From a virus, in the UHGV virus genome UHGV-2198558: 45,555 nt of DNA, one strand, 5' to 3'. The notes under the pieces are model-generated. The model was given only the letters and a program-made list of their open reading frames with translations, ran no database searches and was not told the origin of the DNA. This document shows positions 8,141-16,905 of the stretch, one piece after another; positions within the stretch are counted from its first letter, which is position 1; the number at the start of each line of letters is the position of its first letter. A program made the translations under genes and the position numbers.

Positions 8141-8863
8141 ATGGAAAACGCAAATGTTCAGAATGCTGCCGCTATCACCGATAAGACCACCCTCGGCGAA
8201 CTGCTTGCAATGCTTGACCTCGCTGATAAGGCAGGCAAGATGCCGACACCGAGAGAACTGTTTGAGACTGCCGGTTCGCCGATAGCCGATATGAATGGCT
8301 GCACTCTCTTCAGCAACGGCTTCGCCATCTATCAGAATGTCACTGGGCGCACTGTTGTCTGGCTGCCGTACTGCAAGAGCTTCACCTATTACTTCGGCAA
8401 GCTCCGTGATTCCGAGAAAGACACGCTGACAGAGACCTATGAGCTGCCGGATGGATTTCTGGAAACACAGCCGTGGGTGATCGCAGTAACACTGATCGGC
8501 GACCATCGTGTGGAGGCAAACAGCATGAACCGCACCGGCAGCCGCAAGGATACCACAGATTATGACAGCGCCGATAACGGCGATAAAGACGGTGATGCAG
8601 AGGAGGCTTTGGCAGATCCGTATCGCAGGGCATTCAACTGGTATGACGGACGCATGGGCGAGAATCCGCAGGATGCCGTGGAGCGCAGAGAGACACGCGA
8701 GGAGATGCTTGCAGACATGACGGACAAGCAGCGTGAAGCCTTTATTATGTACTTCAGGGATGGTATGACGCAGGAAGAGATTGCTTCATATATAGGGGTA
8801 AGCCGTGATTCCATAAATGACAGGCTTGAAGGTGCTTTGAAAAAAGCAAAAAAATATTTTTAG
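8141..8863 (+). CDS. Sigma-70 region-4-like HTH protein (putative phage transcription regulator)
   Basis: C-terminus LTDKQREAFIMYFRDGMTQEEIASYIGVSRDSINDRLEGALKKAKK resembles sigma region 4; no region 2 recognised. Start at ATG 8141 after GAAAGGAA. Confidence 0.65.
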   Translation: MENANVQNAAAITDKTTLGELLAMLDLADKAGKMPTPRELFETAGSPIADMNGCTLFSNGFAIYQNVTGRTVVWLPYCKSFTYYFGKLRDSEKDTLTETYELPDGFLETQPWVIAVTLIGDHRVEANSMNRTGSRKDTTDYDSADNGDKDGDAEEALADPYRRAFNWYDGRMGENPQDAVERRETREEMLADMTDKQREAFIMYFRDGMTQEEIASYIGVSRDSINDRLEGALKKAKKYF

Positions 8864-8906
8864 GATACCCACAAAAAGACCTCTCCCACGACAGTATATG
8901 AGAGGG
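8863..8906. repeat. Copy 1 of a 44-bp intergenic repeat (second copy at 22690-22733)
   Basis: ggatacccacaaaaagacctctcccacgacagtatatgagaggg; 41 of 44 positions identical to copy 2; contains a cctctc/gagagg hairpin. Confidence 0.6.
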
Positions 8907-8994
8907 CTTGAAAAGAAACCAAACCGCAAGCGGCTGCAAAGCCCTCGCAGCCGAACCATTATTACATCGGTCGAAAGACCTGAACAGAAAGGAA

Positions 8995-9363
8995 ATGCTT
9001 ATGCCTATGGAAAACAGAGTCCCGAAAAACCGCTACAACGGCGGTGCCGCAACCGATGCCGACAAGCAGGACAAGCCCGATGTGCTGAAGATGATCGAAA
9101 CGGCAATGGACAAGCGTGCGGCGGGCATCGCACAGACGGTCACGGATATGTTCCGTTTCATGTCGATGGCATCTGCCATGCTCCCGAATATGGAGATGGA
9201 TGTCGGTGTGTTCCGTCTGAAGATCGACGATGACGGCATCTTTTTCGAGATCAACCATCCGTTCCGCAAGCGCAAGCAGCGTGATATCTCCAATGACTGC
9301 TGTGCCGAGGAGCCGGACAACTATGATGATGACGAGGAGGGACTGATTTATGACGGAGACTGA
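8995..9363 (+). CDS. Hypothetical protein with acidic C-terminus
   Basis: GAAAGGAA RBS then ATG 8995; C-terminus EEPDNYDDDEEGLIYDGD. Confidence 0.55.
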   Translation: MLMPMENRVPKNRYNGGAATDADKQDKPDVLKMIETAMDKRAAGIAQTVTDMFRFMSMASAMLPNMEMDVGVFRLKIDDDGIFFEINHPFRKRKQRDISNDCCAEEPDNYDDDEEGLIYDGD

Positions 9364-9844
9364 AAAGAAATTCCCTGTGCCGGGACCGCTTCCCGTAGAC
9401 GCAAAGAAGCTGATCGATGGGCTTGGCACGATCTTCGGCGGCGTGATCCAGCTTCTGGCAGCAATGGAGCCGAACATGGCAAAGGAGCTGGCGGACATGG
9501 CGATCAACGGTGTGCCAAAGGAGACTGCGCCGGAGGAAATCAATCCGGACGATTTCGAGGAGATCATCACCGCTGACGATCTGCCGTGGGATACAGAGCC
9601 GGAGCAGCCCGAAGAGCCGAAACCTGCGGAAAAGCCCAAACCGAAGAAGGCGGCAAAGAGGGCGGAGCCTGCATCGGAGCTGACCGCTGATGACCTCATC
9701 CGCGTGGTGACGCAGAAGATCAAGCAGAACCGTGCCAACAAGGACAAAGTGCTGGCGCTGCTGAAATCCTACGGTGCGGCAAAAGTCAGCGATATACCTG
9801 CGGACAAGTACGAAGCGTTTCTCACTGACCTGTCGCAGCTCTGA
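9350..9844 (+). CDS. Hypothetical protein
   Basis: GAGGAGGGA RBS; 164 aa with a Pro/Glu/Lys-rich linker; overlaps the previous stop by 14 nt. Confidence 0.55.
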   Translation: MTETEKKFPVPGPLPVDAKKLIDGLGTIFGGVIQLLAAMEPNMAKELADMAINGVPKETAPEEINPDDFEEIITADDLPWDTEPEQPEEPKPAEKPKPKKAAKRAEPASELTADDLIRVVTQKIKQNRANKDKVLALLKSYGAAKVSDIPADKYEAFLTDLSQL

Positions 9845-9858
9845 TCGGAGGTGGCACG

Positions 9859-11106
9859 ATGCCGGATGTTCATGCACTTCTGAGTGCATCCAGTTCCAAG
9901 CAATGGCTTCACTGTCCGCCGTCCGTCCGCCTGCAGGAGAACTTTCCGAACGAGAGCTCCGTGTATGCCGCCGAGGGAACATTCGCTCATGAGGTCTGCG
10001 AGTACAAGGTCCGCAAGTATCTGAAGGAGCGTGTGAAACGTCCGCAGTCCGAGGAATATGACACCGAGGAAATCGAGCAGATCACAGATGTGTATGCGGA
10101 GTTCGTGATCTCCATCATTGAGCAGATGAAGGAGAACGGCTGTGAGTCGCTTGCTTTTGTTGAGGAGCGTGTGGACTACAGCCACATTGCCCCTTCCGGC
10201 TTTGGCACGGCAGATATGCTCATCATCGGTAAGGACGAGCAGGGACGCGGAATCCTTCATGTATGCGATTTCAAGACGGGTGCAGGCGTGTTTGTGGATG
10301 CAGACCACAACAGCCAGATGATGCTCTATGCGATCGGAGCTTTAGCCGCCTACGGCTTTTTGTATGATATTGAGATCGTGCGTATGAGCATCATTCAGCC
10401 TCGTCTGGATAATATCAGCACATTCGAGTGCAGCAGAGCCGAGCTTGAGGAATGGGGCGAGAGCATCAAGCCCATTGCGAAACTTGCCTACGAGGGCAAG
10501 GGCGAACAAAGCCCCGGCGACTGGTGTCGGTTCTGCCGTGCAAAGCCTGTTTGCAAAGCGTGTGCCAATGAAGCACTGGCACTCTGCCGTGAGGATTTCC
10601 TTGACCTCGATGCCGGAGCATTCGATGATACTGCGGAGGAAAGCGATATGACCGCACCCTACGAAGCGGATATACAGACTGCCGTATTCAAGCAGCCGGG
10701 ACTGATTCCTATCAGCGAACTTGCGGAGATCCTGCCGACTCTGAACCGCATCAGCTCTTGGATCGAGGCGGTATTCGCATTCGTATCCTCCGAGGCGATC
10801 AATCACGGTGTACCGATTCCCGGCTATAAGGTGGTCGAAGGGCGCAGCAAGCGTGTATTCACAGATACAAAAGCTGTGGTCGATACCGCTGTTCAGAACG
10901 GGTACACCGACCTTTACAAGCAGACGCTCATCACGCTGACGGAATTTGAAAAGATGATGGGCAAGAAAAAGTTCAACGAGCTGCTCGGTGAGTATGTCGC
11001 CAAGCCACCCGGAAAGCTGGCACTTGTGCCGGAGAGCGATCCGAGAGAACCCGTTGATCTCACAACACCCGGTCAGGAATTTGAAGTTCTCTCTGATGAT
11101 GAGTGA
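9859..11106 (+). CDS. PD-(D/E)xK nuclease, DUF2800-like (Cas4/RecB-like cysteine cluster)
   Basis: N-terminus LSASSSKQWLHCP, core DMLIIG...HVCDFKTG, cysteine cluster CRFCRAKPVCKAC; GGAGGTG RBS. Family name from recall. Confidence 0.78.
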   Translation: MPDVHALLSASSSKQWLHCPPSVRLQENFPNESSVYAAEGTFAHEVCEYKVRKYLKERVKRPQSEEYDTEEIEQITDVYAEFVISIIEQMKENGCESLAFVEERVDYSHIAPSGFGTADMLIIGKDEQGRGILHVCDFKTGAGVFVDADHNSQMMLYAIGALAAYGFLYDIEIVRMSIIQPRLDNISTFECSRAELEEWGESIKPIAKLAYEGKGEQSPGDWCRFCRAKPVCKACANEALALCREDFLDLDAGAFDDTAEESDMTAPYEADIQTAVFKQPGLIPISELAEILPTLNRISSWIEAVFAFVSSEAINHGVPIPGYKVVEGRSKRVFTDTKAVVDTAVQNGYTDLYKQTLITLTEFEKMMGKKKFNELLGEYVAKPPGKLALVPESDPREPVDLTTPGQEFEVLSDDE

Positions 11107-11179
11107 GGATCATACAATAATGCCGCAATTATTCTGTTTGGTGAATACGCAAAATTGAATGAAATATAGGAGGTATACT

Positions 11180-11755
11180 ATGGCAAACACAACACCCGCG
11201 ACTAAAGTGGTTATTCCCTGTCGCATTTCTTTTGCGAACATCTGGGAGCCAAAATCAATTAATGGCAGCGAAGAGAAGTATTCCGTTTCCCTACTGATCC
11301 CGAAGGATGACAAGGCAACGCTCGCCAAGATCAAGAAGGCAATTGAGGCGGCAAAGGAAGCGGCGAAGGAGAAGAAGTGGGGCGGCAAGATCCCGCCGAA
11401 CCTCAAGCTGCCGATGCATGACGGCGACATCGACCGTCCTGATGACGAGAACTATGCCGGTCACTTCTTCTTCAATGCCACGAGCAAGGATGCACCGCAG
11501 ATCGTTGACCGCCATGTGCAGCCGATTCTCGATCCGATGGAGTGCGGCAGCGGTGACTATTGCAATGTCAGCGTGAACTTCTACGGTTTTGCAGCATCCG
11601 GCAACAAGGGCATCGCAGCAGGACTCCAGAACATCCAGCTTGTCCGCCACGGTGAGCGTCTTGCGGGCAGACCGACCGCAGCATCCGACTTCGTTGAGGT
11701 CGAGGGCGATGACACGGATGATCTCGCAGACGATGATCTGGATTTCCTGAACTGA
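11180..11755 (+). CDS. DUF2815-like single-strand DNA-binding protein
   Basis: TAGGAGGT RBS then ATG 11180; acidic SSB-like tail DDLADDDLDFLN; sits between the DUF2800-like nuclease and the polymerase. Family name from recall. Confidence 0.72.
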   Translation: MANTTPATKVVIPCRISFANIWEPKSINGSEEKYSVSLLIPKDDKATLAKIKKAIEAAKEAAKEKKWGGKIPPNLKLPMHDGDIDRPDDENYAGHFFFNATSKDAPQIVDRHVQPILDPMECGSGDYCNVSVNFYGFAASGNKGIAAGLQNIQLVRHGERLAGRPTAASDFVEVEGDDTDDLADDDLDFLN

Positions 11756-11795
11756 CGCATAAGGGAGGCTTGCCTCCCTGTACATACACAAACAG

Positions 11796-14681
11796 GTGGT
11801 GATTTTATTGAGCAGACGTGTACTTTCCATCGACTTAGAGACCTATTCGGATGTAGACCTCCCGAACTGCGGTGTGTACCGCTATGTTGAGGGAGATTTC
11901 CATATCCTGCTGTTCGCATATGCATTTGACGATGAGGAGACAAAATGCGTGGATATGGCCTGCGGGGAGCAGCTCCCGGCAGAGGTCGTGGATGCGCTGC
12001 AGGATGACAGTATTATCAAATCGGCATGGAACGCACAGTTTGAGCGTACCTGCCTTTCAAAATATCTCGGTACGCAGATTTCTCCGGACTCGTGGCAATG
12101 CACGATGGTATGGGCGGCATCGCTTTCACTTCCGCTGAAGCTGGCAACGGCTGCACAGGCACTGAAAACTGCACAGCAGAAGGACGCTGTCGGTGAGCGT
12201 CTTATCCGTTATTTCTCTCTGCCCTGTAAGCCCACCAAAGCAAACGGCGGCAGAACAAGAAATCTGCCGGAACACGCCCCCGAAGACTGGAAGCTGTTCA
12301 AAAGCTACTGCATACAGGACGTGGAAACCGAGCGGGATATCCGCCGCAGGCTTGAAAAGTTCCCCCTGCTCCCGCAGGAATGGGACTACTACCACATGGA
12401 TCAGCGGATCAATGATCGCGGTATCCTGATCGACAAAGAGCTTGTGCAGCAGGCTATTATCTGCAATATGGCAATGTCCGAAGAAATGACAAAACGTGCA
12501 TACGCTCTGACAGGACTTGAAAATCCGAATTCCGTATCACAGCTCAAGGGATGGCTTGAGGAGCGTGGCATTGAGGTGGATTCCCTCGGCAAAAAGAATG
12601 TCGCTTCTCTTATCACAGACCTCGACAGGCACAGCGCAGACGGTGAGGCTCTGGATATGATGAAGCTGCGGTTGCAGATGGCAAAGTCCTCTGTGAAAAA
12701 GTATCAGGCGGCAGAGAGATACATCTGTCAGGACGGCAGGGCGCACGGACTGTTTCAGTTTTCCGGAGCTCAGCGAACACAGCGCTGGTGTCTTACCGGC
12801 GATCATGAAATACTGACAGATAAAGGCTGGCTCAGGCTTGATAATTGGCAGGGCGGTAAGATTGCTTGTTGGAATCCTAATCAGGAAATGGTCTCGTTCC
12901 AGAAAGCGAACGTATTGTGCTTTGAATATGACGGTCCTATCTACCGCTATGAGGACAAACGGATCGATCAGATCAGCACGCCGGATCACAAAATGCGTGT
13001 AAAGAAACGGTATAACGGCGAGTGGACGGATGACACTGTTGGCAATATGGAAAAGTATCGTCCTTCTATTCCGTTTACCGGACGCAGACAAACGATGCCC
13101 GGCTTGGAGCACGCAGAACTGAGGGTACTGGTGATGACGCAGGCTGACGGCAGCTATAAAGAAGATGGAATGCTCTGCTTCCATTTCAAGAAGAAAAGGA
13201 AAATAGAACGGTGCAAACATCTGCTCAGACAGGCGGGCATTTATTTCACAGTGAATGAATGCAGGACAGATGGAACAACGCAGATCAAGATTCCTTCCCG
13301 TGAGCAGCCGATGTATCTAAGAATGTTTCATAACAAGACATTTGGAATGTGGCTTCTCGATGAAAGCCCGGATGTTTTCTTTGATGAGCTTCGGTATTGG
13401 GACGGATCGCAAAGCGCCAAAAACAGTATCCAATATACCACAACGAACAAAGTGAATGCCGATATTGTTCAGGCTTTTGCTCATACAAGTGGTCGCTGTG
13501 CAAAAATGAAAACGGTCATCCGGGATAAAGAACACCCGAATTGGAGCGATGCATACTATCTCGATATATGGCTCACTCCGAAAAACTGTCATGAAATCAG
13601 AGTGAAGCCGACTATCTCGCAATTCAGCGGCAAAATATACTGTGCTGAAACCCCAACCGGATACTTCCTTGTAAGACGTAATGGTAAAGTGTGGGTAACA
13701 GGAAACAGCGGGCGCGGCATTCAATTACAGAACCTGCCGCAGAACCACATCTCTACCCTCGATGAAGCAAGAGAACTTGTCAAAATGGGCTGCTTTGACA
13801 TGATCGAAGCACTGTACGGCAATACGCCGGATATCCTGTCACAGCTTATCCGCACGATGCTCATTCCGAAGGACGGCTGTGAATTTATCGTGGCAGACTT
13901 CTCCGCCATTGAAGCGAGAGTACTTGCGTGGCTTGCCGGAGAACAGTGGCGGCTCGATGCCTTCAAGCGTGGCGAGGATATTTACTGTGCATCCGCATCG
14001 CAAATGTTCGGTGTTCCGGTCGTGAAGCACGGCATCAATGGAGAACTGCGGCAGAAAGGCAAGGTCGCTGAGCTTGCCTGTGGTTACGGAGGTGGCAGCG
14101 GTGCGCTGATCTCTATGGGTGCGCTGGATATGGGACTGAAAGAGGATGAACTTCCCGACATCATTTCAAGCTGGCGCGATGCAAACCCGGAGATCGTGAA
14201 ATTCTGGTATGCCGTGGAGAAAGCGGCGATCGAAACAGTCAAGGACCACGCGGAAAGAACGGTCGGCAGGATCGGTTTTCAGTTCTCTGCAAATACACTG
14301 TGGATCGTGCTGCCGTCCGGGCGCAGACTTGCCTACATCAAGCCGAGGTTACAGCCGAACCGTTTCGGGCGTATGGCGCTGACCTTTGAAGGACTCGGTG
14401 CAAACAACAAATGGACGCGCGGTGAGACATACAGCGGCAAGCTGACGGAGAACATCACACAGGCGACCGCCCGTGACCTGCTTGCAGAGGCAATGCACCG
14501 AATGGAGCTTGCGGGACTTGACATAGTCGGTCATGTGCATGATGAGGTCATTTTGGAAGTGCCGAAAAGACAATATACGGTCGATGATGTGTGCAATATC
14601 ATGAATCAAAATCCGAGATGGGCAGACGGTCTGCCCTTATCATCTGCCGGATATACCGGCAATTACTACTTCAAAGACTGA
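11796..14681 (+). CDS. Family-A DNA polymerase (3'-5' exonuclease plus polymerase) interrupted by an intein
   Basis: Exo motif SIDLETYSD; polymerase motif A FIVADFSAIEARVLAW, motif B RQKGKVAELACGYGGG, motif C HVHDEVILE. Start uncertain (GTG 11796 or TTG 11808). Confidence 0.85.
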   Translation: MVILLSRRVLSIDLETYSDVDLPNCGVYRYVEGDFHILLFAYAFDDEETKCVDMACGEQLPAEVVDALQDDSIIKSAWNAQFERTCLSKYLGTQISPDSWQCTMVWAASLSLPLKLATAAQALKTAQQKDAVGERLIRYFSLPCKPTKANGGRTRNLPEHAPEDWKLFKSYCIQDVETERDIRRRLEKFPLLPQEWDYYHMDQRINDRGILIDKELVQQAIICNMAMSEEMTKRAYALTGLENPNSVSQLKGWLEERGIEVDSLGKKNVASLITDLDRHSADGEALDMMKLRLQMAKSSVKKYQAAERYICQDGRAHGLFQFSGAQRTQRWCLTGDHEILTDKGWLRLDNWQGGKIACWNPNQEMVSFQKANVLCFEYDGPIYRYEDKRIDQISTPDHKMRVKKRYNGEWTDDTVGNMEKYRPSIPFTGRRQTMPGLEHAELRVLVMTQADGSYKEDGMLCFHFKKKRKIERCKHLLRQAGIYFTVNECRTDGTTQIKIPSREQPMYLRMFHNKTFGMWLLDESPDVFFDELRYWDGSQSAKNSIQYTTTNKVNADIVQAFAHTSGRCAKMKTVIRDKEHPNWSDAYYLDIWLTPKNCHEIRVKPTISQFSGKIYCAETPTGYFLVRRNGKVWVTGNSGRGIQLQNLPQNHISTLDEARELVKMGCFDMIEALYGNTPDILSQLIRTMLIPKDGCEFIVADFSAIEARVLAWLAGEQWRLDAFKRGEDIYCASASQMFGVPVVKHGINGELRQKGKVAELACGYGGGSGALISMGALDMGLKEDELPDIISSWRDANPEIVKFWYAVEKAAIETVKDHAERTVGRIGFQFSANTLWIVLPSGRRLAYIKPRLQPNRFGRMALTFEGLGANNKWTRGETYSGKLTENITQATARDLLAEAMHRMELAGLDIVGHVHDEVILEVPKRQYTVDDVCNIMNQNPRWADGLPLSSAGYTGNYYFKD
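12789..13706 (+). mobile_element. Intein (306 aa) within the DNA polymerase, with candidate LAGLIDADG homing-endonuclease motifs
   Basis: Starts CLTGDHEILTDKGW (block A, Cys1) and ends VWVTGN followed by Ser; internal LRVLVMTQADGSY and LRYWDGSQ motifs. Inserted in ...GAQRTQRW / SGRGIQLQNLP. Confidence 0.7.
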
Positions 14682-14694
14682 GGAGGATATTCTT

Positions 14695-15744
14695 ATGAAA
14701 CAGGGACGAGCATTACCGGAAGTGCTGACAGAGCTTCAGAGACAGAATGCAGCAAAGCAGGATTATATTGGCACGGCAGAGGCGTTCCGTCTGGACGAGG
14801 ACGGCAGCACCTTCCGGATCGGTGACGATCACAGCTTTGGTACCACACAGCTTTTCCATCGTCAGGTGGCATCGGCACTCGGCATTCCGGCGAAGTATTA
14901 CGACATGATGCAGAAACAGAAGCCTGACCTTCTGGCAGACAATGTGAATGCATGGTTCAGTGACAAGGGCAGCAGCTACATGGTGCGTACCCTTGATTAC
15001 GGCAGCGGACAGGTTGCGAGAGCCTTTCTGTCTGACCGTTACCGCCGTATCGATAACCTTGAAATTGCCTCGGCTGTTCTCCCGATTTTCGCCGGACAGG
15101 AAGGCATGGAGGTCATGAGCTGCGAGGTCACAGAGAATAAGCTGTATCTGAAGATCGTCAATCACCGTCTGGAAATGGCGTGTGTCGGTGACCGTGTGCA
15201 GGCAGGTGTCATCATCTCCAATTCGGAGGTTGGACTCGGTGCTGTGTCTGTTCAGCCGCTTGTCTATACACTTGCCTGCACCAACGGCATGGTGGTCAAC
15301 AGTATGGGCGAACGCCGTACCCATGTCGGCAGGGCGGCGAAAGCACTGGAAGACAGCTTCAATATCTACACAAATGAAACCCTCGAAGCCGAAGATAAGG
15401 CATTCATGCTGAAGCTCCGTGATACCACAATGGCAGCAATTGAAGAGGCTCGTTTCGCACAGATCATCGGTGTGTTGGAGCAGAGCCACGGCGCAAAGAT
15501 CACAGGACGTGTGCAGGATGTCATCGAACTGACCGGCAAGGCGTATGACCTGAATCAGTCGGAACAGGACAGCATTCTGAACTATCTCATCAAGGGCGGC
15601 GATCTTTCCCTCTATGGTCTGAGCAATGCCATCACACGCGCTTCGCAGGATGTAGATTCCTACGACAGAGCCACTGCGTTAGAGGGCATCGGCTGGCAGG
15701 TGGCGACCATGCCTGCAAATCAGTGGAAGGAGATCAACGCATGA
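14695..15744 (+). CDS. DUF932-like phage/plasmid protein
   Basis: GAGGAGGA RBS; 349 aa; segments AFLSDRYRRIDNLE and VIISNSEVGLGAVS match my recollection of DUF932/TIGR03299 proteins. Confidence 0.6.
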   Translation: MKQGRALPEVLTELQRQNAAKQDYIGTAEAFRLDEDGSTFRIGDDHSFGTTQLFHRQVASALGIPAKYYDMMQKQKPDLLADNVNAWFSDKGSSYMVRTLDYGSGQVARAFLSDRYRRIDNLEIASAVLPIFAGQEGMEVMSCEVTENKLYLKIVNHRLEMACVGDRVQAGVIISNSEVGLGAVSVQPLVYTLACTNGMVVNSMGERRTHVGRAAKALEDSFNIYTNETLEAEDKAFMLKLRDTTMAAIEEARFAQIIGVLEQSHGAKITGRVQDVIELTGKAYDLNQSEQDSILNYLIKGGDLSLYGLSNAITRASQDVDSYDRATALEGIGWQVATMPANQWKEINA

Positions 15745-15974
15745 GCAGAACCTGGAAAGACAGAAAAGGATATAAAACACGCAGAAAACGACACGGATAT
15801 CCTGTGCCGGAGATCTGCAATTACACACGCGGCAGCTATGAAGATTATGACCACAGCGATGAGGAACTGTATGTCGATGACCAGTGCTGCGAGAACTGCC
15901 GCTTTTGCGGATGTTGCCGTCATACACCGTTCCCGTCGGGCTGGTGCGAATACTGGAAGGACGGCACACATTGA
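15741..15974 (+). CDS. Small cysteine-rich protein
   Basis: ATG overlaps the previous stop (ATGA); cysteine cluster CCENCRFCGCC. Confidence 0.45.
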   Translation: MSRTWKDRKGYKTRRKRHGYPVPEICNYTRGSYEDYDHSDEELYVDDQCCENCRFCGCCRHTPFPSGWCEYWKDGTH

Positions 15975-16411
15975 GAGAATATGTTGTCGAAAACGAGTTT
16001 GTCAAGGCGGTAAAAGCGGCAGGCGGTGTGGCATACAAGCTGACATCGCAGACCGCAAACGGACTGCCGGACAGACTCGTTCTGTTCCCGGCGGCAAAGA
16101 CGATTTTCGTGGAGCTGAAAGCACCGGGGAAAATGATGCGACCGTTGCAGCGTAAAAGACGGTATCAGCTTATGAAACTCGGCTTTCCGGTGCTGTGCAT
16201 TGACAGGATGCCGCAGATCAAGCCGTTCATATCAGCAGCATTGTCATGGACACCCGGTGAGCCGTTCCCGGAAGGCATCGGTGCGAAGATACCCGATCTG
16301 GAAAGGGCAACGCTGCCGACGGATATGGATAACTTCGGGGAAACGCTTGAACCCATCGATCCAGACAATCTGATAGAGTTTTATGAAATAGAGGACGGTG
16401 ATGATGCATGA
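15971..16411 (+). CDS. VRR-NUC domain nuclease
   Basis: GLPDRLVLFP...FVELKAPGK...LQRKRRYQ pattern. Start uncertain (TTG 15971 after GGAAGGA, or ATG 15911). Confidence 0.65.
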   Translation: MREYVVENEFVKAVKAAGGVAYKLTSQTANGLPDRLVLFPAAKTIFVELKAPGKMMRPLQRKRRYQLMKLGFPVLCIDRMPQIKPFISAALSWTPGEPFPEGIGAKIPDLERATLPTDMDNFGETLEPIDPDNLIEFYEIEDGDDA

Positions 16412-16905
16412 TTAACCCTAAACGCAGAGCTGTGAGAAAAAGCTGCTCATACTGCGGAACTGTCTTTACCTATGTCGGAAGTCATGGTACAAGAAATAAG
16501 CATTTTTTCTGTTCTCATGAATGCTATATTGCCTTTAAGACAAAGAAAGCAGAAGTGAAATGCGATTGGTGCGGCAAATCAATGCTGAAAAAACGCTCTG
16601 ATATATGGAGAACGGATCACAATTTCTGCTGCCCCGAATGCTGTTTACTGTATAGGCAAAAGCAAGGCGAAACTTCATGGAATCATCGTGTGAATGGAAT
16701 AACCGTACACAGGGGCATTTTGGAGAAGAAGCTCGGACGAGAACTGCGTGCGGATGAAGAAGTACACCTTATCGATGGTAACCATTTCAATAATGATCCG
16801 GACAATCTCATCGCCCTTTCCAAATCGGAACACGCCAAAATTCATTCTTCTTGGAAAGCGAGGGACGAGTATGGAAAATACGTTAAAACGCAGTCAGATT
16901 CATGA
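16408..16905 (+). CDS. HNH homing endonuclease with N-terminal zinc-finger-like CxxC pairs
   Basis: HLIDGNHFNNDPDNLIALSKSEHAKIH HNH motif; ATGA overlap with the VRR-NUC stop. Confidence 0.8.
   Translation: MINPKRRAVRKSCSYCGTVFTYVGSHGTRNKHFFCSHECYIAFKTKKAEVKCDWCGKSMLKKRSDIWRTDHNFCCPECCLLYRQKQGETSWNHRVNGITVHRGILEKKLGRELRADEEVHLIDGNHFNNDPDNLIALSKSEHAKIHSSWKARDEYGKYVKTQSDS

Noticed and set aside
8754-8939. Minus-strand ORFs at 8754-8939 and 22572-23192 sharing the peptide HILSWER(S/A)FCGYP
   Set aside because: The shared peptide is simply the translation of the 44-bp DNA repeat; neither ORF has an RBS and one overlaps metK and the HNH gene.
8962-10308. Several long minus-strand ORFs (8962-9747, 9251-9982, 9769-10308)
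   Set aside because: They overlap well-supported plus-strand genes with strong SD sites; the minus frames are Arg/His/Cys-rich junk without RBS.
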